A stretch of 24,431 nt of DNA from IMG/VR virus record IMGVR_UViG_3300046691_000240; one strand, 5' to 3'. This stretch comes from an uncultured virus (IMG/VR IMGVR_UViG_3300046691_000240). Taxonomy: Duplodnaviria; Heunggongvirae; Uroviricota; Caudoviricetes. Under the pieces are notes generated by a model. It did not search any database and had not been told where the DNA came from. It saw only the letters and a list, made by a program, of their open reading frames with translations. The position numbers and the translations under genes were made by a program. Positions 17,899 to 24,431 of this stretch are shown here, piece after piece (positions within the stretch are counted from its first letter, which is position 1; every line of letters begins with the position of its first letter).

Positions 17899-18299
17899 TG
17901 GCTTTCTGTGTACCCGAGATTTACCGCGTCACCACCGGCCCGATGGCCAGCGATGCCAGTTTTGGCAACAGCGGCGCGTTCATCATTCCGATGCTGCAGG
18001 GCGAAAAGCTCTTTGGCGTGCAGATCATCGCCGCCGCTGGCGCTGGTTGGGAGCATGTCAGCGTGCGCACGCAGGAAGCGCCGCCGGACTGGGCCCTGAT
18101 GTGCGCGATCAAGGCCATCTTCTGGGGCCCGGAGGACTGCGTGGTGCAGTACCACCCGAAGGCCTCGGAATACGTGAACAACCATCTAAACGTGCTTCAT
18201 CTCTGGCGCGAAATCGACCGGGAATTCCCGCAGCCGCCGAGCTGGCTGGTCGGGGCCCTGAGCCCGCAATCCCACGCTGTCCCCGCCGAGGTAAACTGA
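17898..18299 (+). CDS. Conserved phage protein of unknown function
   Basis: GWEHVSV...W..MC.IK.IFWG.EDCVVQYHP..SEYVN.H..VLHLWR...P.PP, a His-rich pattern typical of a widespread phage family. Confidence 0.75.
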   Translation: MAFCVPEIYRVTTGPMASDASFGNSGAFIIPMLQGEKLFGVQIIAAAGAGWEHVSVRTQEAPPDWALMCAIKAIFWGPEDCVVQYHPKASEYVNNHLNVLHLWREIDREFPQPPSWLVGALSPQSHAVPAEVN

Positions 18300-18300
18300 A

Positions 18301-18750
18301 ATGGGCAAGTGCACCACGTACTACGACGAACTGCGTTTTGACACCCGCGACCCCGAACAAACCCACGTCTATTGCTTCATCAGGGGCGAGGGGGATTGCC
18401 CGTTCATGGTCTACGGCTGGCATCACAAGGCGTTCCCCAAGACGCTCACCACCCACGAGATTTTCAACAACATCTGGAGCGGCCAGACCGACCCGCTGAC
18501 GTGGGAACGCGAAGCGCCGCGGGCCGTGAACACCCCGGCGATCTACAACCCACAGGATCGCGTGCCGGTGCCGGTCGAGCAGCTGAATGCTTGGAGGGTC
18601 CTTTTCGCCCTGAACCCAAGCGATTTGTCGCAGGAAATGGCCGAGCAGATCACCTCGCACCTGACCTCCGTGACCCAGTGGGAAAAGATTTGCCCGCAGT
18701 GCCGGGCGCAGGAAATGTTCAACAAAGCGCAGCGGGATCAGCAGGAATGA
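18301..18750 (+). CDS. Hypothetical protein
   Basis: 149 aa, GAGGT RBS, coupled to the next gene. Confidence 0.65.
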   Translation: MGKCTTYYDELRFDTRDPEQTHVYCFIRGEGDCPFMVYGWHHKAFPKTLTTHEIFNNIWSGQTDPLTWEREAPRAVNTPAIYNPQDRVPVPVEQLNAWRVLFALNPSDLSQEMAEQITSHLTSVTQWEKICPQCRAQEMFNKAQRDQQE

Positions 18751-19025
18751 GCCAACCCCCGGACACCTGGGCCCGTGAAATGCGGGCCCTGCAGGACCAG
18801 ATCGAGCAGCTGACCCTAGGACTGGCCACCGCCAATTCCAGCCTTTTCCTGGTGCGCGGCCAGCGTCACGGCTACGCCTCCCTGCTCATGAATGCGCGGG
18901 AGGTTATCGAGCAGCACTGGCGACCTCACAACGAGGCTTCCCGGGTCGCCTGCGAACACATTCTGGTGCGCTTGGGCGACCGCAACGCCGCCGCTTTGGA
19001 GGTGGTGGCTGGGGCCGCGCCGTGA
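18747..19025 (+). CDS. Hypothetical coiled-coil protein
   Basis: ATG 18747 overlaps the previous stop; its own stop overlaps the next GTG. Confidence 0.6.
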   Translation: MSQPPDTWAREMRALQDQIEQLTLGLATANSSLFLVRGQRHGYASLLMNAREVIEQHWRPHNEASRVACEHILVRLGDRNAAALEVVAGAAP

Positions 19026-19249
19026 GCCCGAACTACGCGATCGAGCAGCGCCTGCGCCTGATTGATTTCCTGCTGGAGCACTATGGCCACGTCGGGCGCC
19101 CCGAGCTGTGCGACTTTTTCGGGGTCAGCGTGCCGTGCGCGTCGAACGACATCGCGATGTACCGGGAGGCCAACCCCGACAACGCCGAGTACGATTTTAA
19201 GAGCAAGCGGTGGGTGCGCAAGGTGACGTTTAAGCCGCAATATTCCTGA
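19022..19249 (+). CDS. Stand-alone winged-HTH protein resembling the N-terminal DNA-binding domain of CapW/BrxR-type WYL regulators
   Basis: EQRLRLIDFLLEHYGHVGRPELCDFFGVSVPCASNDIAMYREANPDNAEYDFKSKRW...FKP. Confidence 0.75.
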   Translation: MSPNYAIEQRLRLIDFLLEHYGHVGRPELCDFFGVSVPCASNDIAMYREANPDNAEYDFKSKRWVRKVTFKPQYS

Positions 19250-19281
19250 CCAATAAGACAACTATATAGAAGGAACTGCCC

Positions 19282-19557
19282 GTGGAAGAAACTGAAGACG
19301 TCAAAGTGGGGTTGACCCCGTGCGGTAGGGTGCGGCTGACCTACGCGATGGAACAGCGCATGCGTTTCATAGATTTTCAGCTGTTCCACTACGGCAAGAT
19401 CACGCGCAGGCACTTGATCGACTTTTTCGGCGTGACCTCGGCCACCGCCACCCGCGATTTCGCCCTGTTTGACGAGCTGTACCCGGGGCAGGCCCGCTTG
19501 TGCAACGTCACCAAGCACTGGGGCCCGACCTCGCAATACAGCCGCATTTTTCCGTAA
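19282..19557 (+). CDS. Second stand-alone CapW/BrxR-like winged-HTH protein (paralogue)
   Basis: EQRMRFIDFQLFHYGKITRRHLIDFFGVTSATATRDFALFDELYPG; AAGGA RBS. Confidence 0.75.
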   Translation: MEETEDVKVGLTPCGRVRLTYAMEQRMRFIDFQLFHYGKITRRHLIDFFGVTSATATRDFALFDELYPGQARLCNVTKHWGPTSQYSRIFP

Positions 19558-19585
19558 GCCCCACCATCGAGCAAAGGAATGACGC

Positions 19586-20152
19586 ATGAAGACTGAAATT
19601 CTCGCGGTACTCGACATCAGCGGTTCTATGCACACCATCGCGGCCGACGCCATCGGTGGGTTCAACACCTTCCTCAAGGATCAACAGAGCATCGACGGCG
19701 AAGCGCGCATGTCGGTGATCTTGTTCGATGACAAATACCAGGTGCTGTACAAAGCCAAACCGCTGGCCGAGGCCGAGCCGCTGACGGCGCAGACCTTCGT
19801 CCCGCGTGGCGGTACCGCGCTGCTCGATGCCATCGGCCGCACCCTCAACCAGCAGGGCGCGCGGATCGAGGCTGAGGGCTGGGCGGAAAAGGTGATCGTC
19901 TGCATCCTCACCGACGGCGGCGAGAACCAGAGCCGCGAATTCACCACCCCGGTCATTCAGGACATGGTCAAGGCAGCCGAGGCGAAGGGCTGGTCGTTCG
20001 TGTTCCTCGCAGCCAACCAGGATGCGTTCGCCACCGGCGCCCTGTACGGCTTCAACGCCGCGCACACGCAGAGCTTCGCAGCGAGCGGGGCAGGGGTGGA
20101 GGCGGCCTATGGCAGCATGAGCAACACCACCCGCACCTTGCGCGGTGCGTGA
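19586..20152 (+). CDS. vWA domain protein
   Basis: MIDAS motif DISGS, GGTALLDAIG, ILTDGGEN. Confidence 0.9.
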   Translation: MKTEILAVLDISGSMHTIAADAIGGFNTFLKDQQSIDGEARMSVILFDDKYQVLYKAKPLAEAEPLTAQTFVPRGGTALLDAIGRTLNQQGARIEAEGWAEKVIVCILTDGGENQSREFTTPVIQDMVKAAEAKGWSFVFLAANQDAFATGALYGFNAAHTQSFAASGAGVEAAYGSMSNTTRTLRGA

Positions 20153-20409
20153 TGGCGACCCCGGTTCGCAATGGGTCGGAACTGCGCGACCTAGTGCTAT
20201 GGGCCCAAGAGCAGGGCTTTACCTGTGACGTGACCAACGCGGCGCACCTGGTCTTTCGCCGCCCCGGGACCCCGTCGGTGTACGCCTCGTACACCCCGAG
20301 CTGCAAGTTTGCCCGGCGTCATACCCGGCGTGACCTGCTGCGCGCCCTGAAGGTTGCCGCGCAACGGCTGGCCGAGGGAGCCAACCCAGAGGACCCCACC
20401 GTCTGGTGA
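20149..20409 (+). CDS. HicA-like small basic protein
   Basis: QGF...T..AHLVFRRPG...V....TPS...DLLRA pattern; no HicB partner adjacent. Confidence 0.5.
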   Translation: MMATPVRNGSELRDLVLWAQEQGFTCDVTNAAHLVFRRPGTPSVYASYTPSCKFARRHTRRDLLRALKVAAQRLAEGANPEDPTVW

Positions 20410-20418
20410 ATGAACGGC

Positions 20419-20768
20419 AGCCGGAATCTCTCCCTGATGGATAGCCGATAGATAGCCGGAATCTCTCCCCGTAAATTAGAAAACACCCCCCTGTTTCTGA
20501 CTGGAATCGTAGAAACCGGGGGGTGGTTTCTAACCGTTTGTTAGAATTTCTAACCGAGTGCGTTGAAAAACAGGGTCTATTTCAACGGTTTAGCGCGGTT
20601 GGCCATACCTGAAACTGGGCCTGATGGATAGCCGGGATTTCTCCCCCATGGCCCTGTGGATAACGGCCGGAATCTCTCCCTCATAGCGCCGGAATCCCTC
20701 CCCCCGTAAGCCGGATTCTCTCCCCCATAAAGCCGGATTACCTCCCTCATGGAGCCGGAATCCCTCCC
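20419..20768 (+). repeat. Replication-origin iterons, 8 copies of nGCCGGAwT(c/t/a)(t/c)CTCCC-like 16-mers
   Basis: Copies start at 20419, 20454, 20630, 20665, 20687, 20709, 20731 and 20753; the last five are spaced exactly 22 bp apart. Confidence 0.9.
20655..20663 (-). promoter_or_regulatory. DnaA box
   Basis: TGTGGATAA (= TTATCCACA) immediately before the five phased iterons. Confidence 0.85.
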
Positions 20769-20813
20769 TGAACTCGTCAAAAAGGTCTTTAACATCAGTA
20801 CGTTACAAGGCCG

Positions 20814-20856
20814 AAAACAAGATGTAAAAACAAGCTAAAAAACAAGTAAAAACAAG
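20814..20856 (+). repeat. AT-rich AAAACAAG repeats (probable DNA-unwinding element)
   Basis: Four copies at 20814, 20827, 20839 and 20849 next to the iterons. Confidence 0.7.
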
Positions 20857-20874
20857 CTGTATAAAGGTAGGGGC

Positions 20875-21597
20875 TCAAACGGGCAGCTCCATTTGTTGTT
20901 CCACGCTGGCTTTTTTGGTGACCGTGAAGTTGAACCCGACCACCTTCCGCCCTTTGCGTCTCGGCTCCATGCTCGCGGTGAGGTCGGTCAGCTTGTTCAC
21001 TTCTTCCAGCCCGGGATCGAGCACCCATCGGCGCAAGTCTTTGACGCTGCCGTACTTCTCGCCCAGATCAAGGCTGTCGCGCAGCTGTTCCAGCGTGACC
21101 CACCATGCCCCGGTGGTCAGGAACTGCGCCATCAGCTCGTACAGGCGAATCGCGTAGAAGCTGTTCAACCGGCCCACCTGGCGAAGCTGCACCGTAGTGA
21201 ATTCCTTGTGCAACCGGGTCAGGTGCGGCAGCACCTTGGGGGAGAAGCCGAGTTCGACGCAGCCCTGGCCTTCCTTGTAGATGGCGTGGAACACCCAGCG
21301 CATTTCCTCGATCACCTTGCCGTTCTTGTAGCGGTACATCATGCGGCGCATCAGGCGTTTTGAAGCCTCGTCCAGGACCGCATAAGCGTGCCGGGGCTCC
21401 ATGCCAAAGACCTCGGCAAAACTGTCGGCGCGCACGGTGATGTAGCAGTGGGCCGGGGCGGGTTTTCGCGGATCGAGCTGCGAAGCGGCCAGCAGGATCA
21501 GGCGCTTTTCGTTGAGCGTCAGCGCTTGGGATGCCTGAATCAGCTTGTTGGACTGCGAAACCTTGTGGTTCGTCGTCGGTACTTTCTTCTCAGCCAT
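20875..21597 (-). CDS. repA: Plasmid replication initiator, Rep_3 family
   Basis: VSQSNKLIQAS..LTLNEKRLILLA, ELGFSPKVLPHL..L...FT, SFYAIRLYELMAQF, LRRWVLDP.LEEVN, RKGRKVVGFNF; likely start ATG 21597. Confidence 0.93.
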   Translation of the reverse strand: MAEKKVPTTNHKVSQSNKLIQASQALTLNEKRLILLAASQLDPRKPAPAHCYITVRADSFAEVFGMEPRHAYAVLDEASKRLMRRMMYRYKNGKVIEEMRWVFHAIYKEGQGCVELGFSPKVLPHLTRLHKEFTTVQLRQVGRLNSFYAIRLYELMAQFLTTGAWWVTLEQLRDSLDLGEKYGSVKDLRRWVLDPGLEEVNKLTDLTASMEPRRKGRKVVGFNFTVTKKASVEQQMELPV

Positions 21598-21642
21598 TAC
21601 CCACCCCACACTGGACTCTATGGCTACTAGGCTAGTCGGGGA

Positions 21643-21670
21643 GAGGGAGAAGCACAACACCTTCTCCCTC
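21643..21670. promoter_or_regulatory. Inverted-repeat operator upstream of rep (probable autorepression site)
   Basis: GAGGGAGAAG-N8-CTTCTCCCTC; arms share the TCTCCC iteron core. Confidence 0.7.
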
Positions 21671-21678
21671 AGCGGAGG

Positions 21679-22029
21679 CTACGCCAGAAACGGCCCGGTG
21701 TACTTGGCCAGCGGGTTGCCCAGCTCACCGTGCAGGCCGGGCCAGCGCCGCTCCAGCATGTCGATCAGCGCCTGCCCCACGGTCTTCAACGACTCCGGCG
21801 CCACGCCCGCCCTCACCATGTGCGACAGGGTGATCGAAGCCGCGCCCAAGTGGTAGGCGGTCATCGAGCGGTCGGCTGTGGTCATCTTCACCACGATGCG
21901 TTGGAATTCATCGGCCATCCGCTGCTGCGCGAGCTGGCCCATCTTTTCCAGGGTCTCGCGGCTCTTGGACGACACGCGGACTTGGTCGGGGTTGTCCGGG
22001 TCGATCTGAAAATTCACTTCGTCGTGCAT
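21679..22029 (-). CDS. Hypothetical helical protein (array member 5)
   Basis: ATG 22029 overlaps the upstream TAA; AYHLGAASITLSHMVRAG...RWPGL. Confidence 0.65.
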   Translation of the reverse strand: MHDEVNFQIDPDNPDQVRVSSKSRETLEKMGQLAQQRMADEFQRIVVKMTTADRSMTAYHLGAASITLSHMVRAGVAPESLKTVGQALIDMLERRWPGLHGELGNPLAKYTGPFLA

Positions 22030-22289
22030 TACTTCAACGCCTCCGGCAGCAGCTGCCCGCCCAGCGCTTCCCAGCGCCCCGGGTGCGCGGCCTCGACGGC
22101 GGCGTACAGGGTGCGGACTTCCATCACCGCTTCCTCGGCGGTCAGGTAATCGTGGTGCTTCATCATGCCCAGCGCGGCCATGTGCAGGCCGAGCGTCAGT
22201 GCGGCGGCTGTCTCGCTGCTGTCGGGGAGGAAATTCAGGCCGCGGCGCAGGTTGGCCAGGGTTTGTTCTTTGAGTTCTTGCTTGGTCAT
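22029..22289 (-). CDS. Hypothetical helical protein (array member 4)
   Basis: 86 aa, coupled on both sides. Confidence 0.7.
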   Translation of the reverse strand: MTKQELKEQTLANLRRGLNFLPDSSETAAALTLGLHMAALGMMKHHDYLTAEEAVMEVRTLYAAVEAAHPGRWEALGGQLLPEALK

Positions 22290-22600
22290 TTTGGGGTGGT
22301 CTCATCGTTCAGGGGGTCCCACATCCACAGCTGATCAAACAGCTCCAGATCGTCGGGACGGGGTTGGGTTTCGGCGTAAGCGTTGCGCAGCTGCGCCAGA
22401 TACTCGGCGACTTCCGCCGGTTCCAGCAAGCCGTATTCCTGCAGTTCGTGGATCGCGCCCGCCACCAACCCGGCGCCGTTGAAGGCTTCGTAGAGGGTGC
22501 TGTGGCCCAGCGAATACTTGTAGTCAAACAGCTGCAGGTCCAGCCGGCGCTTTTGCTCGACGCGCGCGGCGGTGTGCCACGGTTCGTCATCGGCGCTCAT
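22286..22600 (-). CDS. Hypothetical helical protein (array member 3)
   Basis: ATG 22600 with GGAG RBS and ATGA overlap. Confidence 0.7.
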   Translation of the reverse strand: MSADDEPWHTAARVEQKRRLDLQLFDYKYSLGHSTLYEAFNGAGLVAGAIHELQEYGLLEPAEVAEYLAQLRNAYAETQPRPDDLELFDQLWMWDPLNDETTPK

Positions 22601-23262
22601 GCGGTGACTCCGTTCCAGTGTTGCGGGCCCCACAGGCGTTCACGCAAGCCGGGCCAGTGTTTGTCGAAGACCTCGTTGGCCTCGCCTTCGAGGTGGGCGA
22701 GGGATTCCTCGCTGAAGCCGGTGTCGCGCAGGTTCATCAGCACGCCATAGGTCACGCCGAGGTAGAAGCACACGCCCGATTCATCGGCGCCGGGGACCTT
22801 GCTCAGGACGTCTTCGTACTGCTGCAGCAGCTCGGTCTGGCGCGGGATGACGTTGACCCCGGCCCAGAGGGTGCCCTCTTTGAGCAACTTCAACTCCACC
22901 AGGTCGAAGGTGTCCTTCATGTTGTTGGACAGCTCGGCGGTTTCGGCCTCGCTGACCACCCGCAAATCGCGCAACGCGCTCAACCGGCCCCGGGCCTCGC
23001 CGAGCACGAAGCTCGCGCCGCGCGGGGTGATCACCAGATCCAGCAGGGCCACGGACTGCGCCACCAGCCGCAGCTGCACGGCCTTCTGCGGGTGCTCGCC
23101 GGGCGGCCCGGTGAACGGCCGCTCGCGGTCGTAGCTGTCTTGCATCACGTTGACGCAGGCACTGTCGTCGCAGGTGGCGCAGGCGGTCTCGCCGAACCAG
23201 CGGGTCGCCGGTTTGCCGCAGCCCGCATCGCAGGTGCCGCTCACCTTCATGTCGTCGTGCAT
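22597..23262 (-). CDS. Hypothetical protein: Cys-rich N-terminus plus two helical repeats (array member 2)
   Basis: CDAGC...CATCDDSAC followed by two LG...G.L..LRD segments. Confidence 0.7.
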   Translation of the reverse strand: MHDDMKVSGTCDAGCGKPATRWFGETACATCDDSACVNVMQDSYDRERPFTGPPGEHPQKAVQLRLVAQSVALLDLVITPRGASFVLGEARGRLSALRDLRVVSEAETAELSNNMKDTFDLVELKLLKEGTLWAGVNVIPRQTELLQQYEDVLSKVPGADESGVCFYLGVTYGVLMNLRDTGFSEESLAHLEGEANEVFDKHWPGLRERLWGPQHWNGVTA

Positions 23263-23537
23263 TACAGGCCCCTCGGGTCGGGTGACAGGGTGTCTTGCAG
23301 GTGGCTGGCGAACAGCTGGTCGACCTGCAGGCTGGTGGTGGCGCGCAGCTGGGCTTGCAACACGTCGGCGGTTTCCGGGGTCATCGCGCCTGCTTCGGTC
23401 AGGGCGAGCAGGTAACCGACGGCGACGAACCGGCGATTGCTCGCGGCTTCCATGGTCGGGGCGAGGGTGACGTAGCGGATCTGCTGCAACGCCTTGGCGT
23501 GCAGCGCATCGCGCTCGAACTGGGTGTATTGAGGCAT
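23262..23537 (-). CDS. Hypothetical helical protein (array member 1)
   Basis: AAGGAG RBS; AVGYLLALTEAGAMTPE. Confidence 0.7.
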   Translation of the reverse strand: MPQYTQFERDALHAKALQQIRYVTLAPTMEAASNRRFVAVGYLLALTEAGAMTPETADVLQAQLRATTSLQVDQLFASHLQDTLSPDPRGL

Positions 23538-23577
23538 CGCAGCTCCTTGCGGATAGGGGTGGTCAAATCGCGGGCAT

Positions 23578-23611
23578 AAAAAAGGCCGAGGGCATTGGGG
23601 ACCTCGGCCTT
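23578..23611 (-). terminator. Intrinsic terminator
   Basis: AAGGCCGAGG-N10-CCTCGGCCTT running into a U6 tract on the minus strand. Confidence 0.7.
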
Positions 23612-23704
23612 AGTGTGGGACACACGCACAACGGGGATGCGCACTGCGGTTGGCCCACGAGTACAGCAAGCCGGGTGCACGTTAGCACACGGCCACTAGG
23701 GTGC

Positions 23705-23992
23705 CTAGCTCTGGATCGGTTTGTCCACCAGCGGCACTTTCAGCCCTTTGGTCTCGTTCACCAGGAGCAGGAACATCCCCGCCAGGTGGGCGATGTGGAA
23801 GTGCGTCTGCACCCAGTCATCGCTGACCGCGACCTCGATCTGCATCGGCACCGTGCCATCGGGGTTGGCCGGGCAAATCACCAGGTGCACCGGGAAGCCG
23901 TCGAGCAGCCCGCCGCCCACGCCGCGACTCAACCTAAAGGCGTCCTCGACCGAGGCCACCGTGCACAGCTGCAACCGCAATTTTTCCGTCAT
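23705..23992 (-). CDS. Hypothetical protein
   Basis: AAGGAAG RBS before ATG 23992; 95 aa. Confidence 0.6.
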   Translation of the reverse strand: MTEKLRLQLCTVASVEDAFRLSRGVGGGLLDGFPVHLVICPANPDGTVPMQIEVAVSDDWVQTHFHIAHLAGMFLLLVNETKGLKVPLVDKPIQS

Positions 23993-24012
23993 CAGCAACT
24001 TCCTTCTTTAGG

Positions 24013-24033
24013 GGCTGGCCAGTGTAGCCGAGC
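24013..24033 (-). repeat. 21-bp direct repeat, copy A (contains TACACT on the minus strand)
   Basis: GGCTGGCCAGTGTAGCCGAGC, identical to 24361-24381. Confidence 0.85.
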
Positions 24034-24059
24034 CCGGGGTGGGGTGGCCAAGGGCCCCG

Positions 24060-24344
24060 TCAGCTTCGGCGGCGGCTGGGCGTGTGGCCCATCAACTTGT
24101 CGTGCTCGATGCGGGCCTTGTCGCGTTGGGCGTCGATGTAGGCCGCGAGGTCCACCAGGTGCACGCCCCTTGCCGACTTCTGGCTGCTCTCCATCTGCAC
24201 CAGGGGCAAGTCGATCTCCCCGCGCGCGACCTTGAGCTTCATTTTGTCCGGGGTGAGGTGGGTGAAGTAGTCCGCGCACACCCGCTCTAGGGGAATGATC
24301 ACTTGGCAGTCGTACTGCGCCATAAGGAGAAAGGTGGTGTTCAT
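24060..24344 (-). CDS. Pyocin activator PrtN-family DNA-binding protein
   Basis: MNTTFLLMAQY...IIPLERVCADYF.HLTPDK...GEIDLPLV.ME.SQKSARGVHL.DLAAYID family signature. Confidence 0.9.
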   Translation of the reverse strand: MNTTFLLMAQYDCQVIIPLERVCADYFTHLTPDKMKLKVARGEIDLPLVQMESSQKSARGVHLVDLAAYIDAQRDKARIEHDKLMGHTPSRRRS

Positions 24345-24360
24345 GGGGTGCCTTCGGGGT

Positions 24361-24381
24361 GGCTGGCCAGTGTAGCCGAGC
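24361..24381 (-). repeat. 21-bp direct repeat, copy B
   Basis: Identical to 24013-24033; 16 bp upstream of the PrtN-like start. Confidence 0.85.
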
Positions 24382-24431
24382 TGGCCAGCGCCGGGGTCCC
24401 CGGGGGAGGCGGTGGCGCCCCCCGGGGCCCC

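Larger units (their letters stand above)
1..24431. mobile_element. Temperate tailed phage segment with a plasmid-type replicon (probable phage-plasmid); extends beyond the window
   Basis: Contiguous terminase-portal-protease-capsid-tail operon, endolysin and phage accessory genes, plus a Rep_3-type initiator with iterons; no host housekeeping genes seen. Confidence 0.9.

Noticed and set aside
20665..20768. Regularly spaced repeats as a mini CRISPR array
   Set aside because: 16-bp repeats with 6-bp gaps, next to a DnaA box and rep gene, fit iterons; no cas genes
24060..24344. PrtN-family gene as evidence of a pyocin/tailocin locus
   Set aside because: Capsid, portal and terminase genes are present, and PrtN-family genes are common in prophages

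Overview
GC-rich, Pseudomonas-like temperate siphophage segment that also carries a complete iteron-type plasmid replicon, so most likely a phage-plasmid. 1-13 kb (minus strand) is a lambda-like morphogenesis operon: small and GpA-type large terminase, portal, S49 protease/scaffold, decoration protein, major capsid, head-tail joining genes, major tail, chaperone and the 5' part of a tape measure gene. 13-15.6 kb holds two convergent units, one with a GH108 endolysin, each preceded by the same 20-bp palindrome. 15.9-16.6 kb is a ~680-nt stretch with no convincing ORF and many stems, leading into a divergent CsrA/RsmA homologue. That gene heads a plus-strand accessory operon containing a Lar-like protein, two stand-alone CapW/BrxR-type wHTH proteins without a WYL domain, a vWA protein and a HicA-like protein. 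20.4-21.7 kb is the origin (iterons at 22-bp spacing, DnaA box, AT-rich repeats) with a Rep_3-type initiator. 21.7-23.5 kb is a tandem array of five genes sharing a ~60-aa helical motif, followed by a PrtN-family gene between 21-bp direct repeats. All family calls come from reading motifs by eye; no database search was run.
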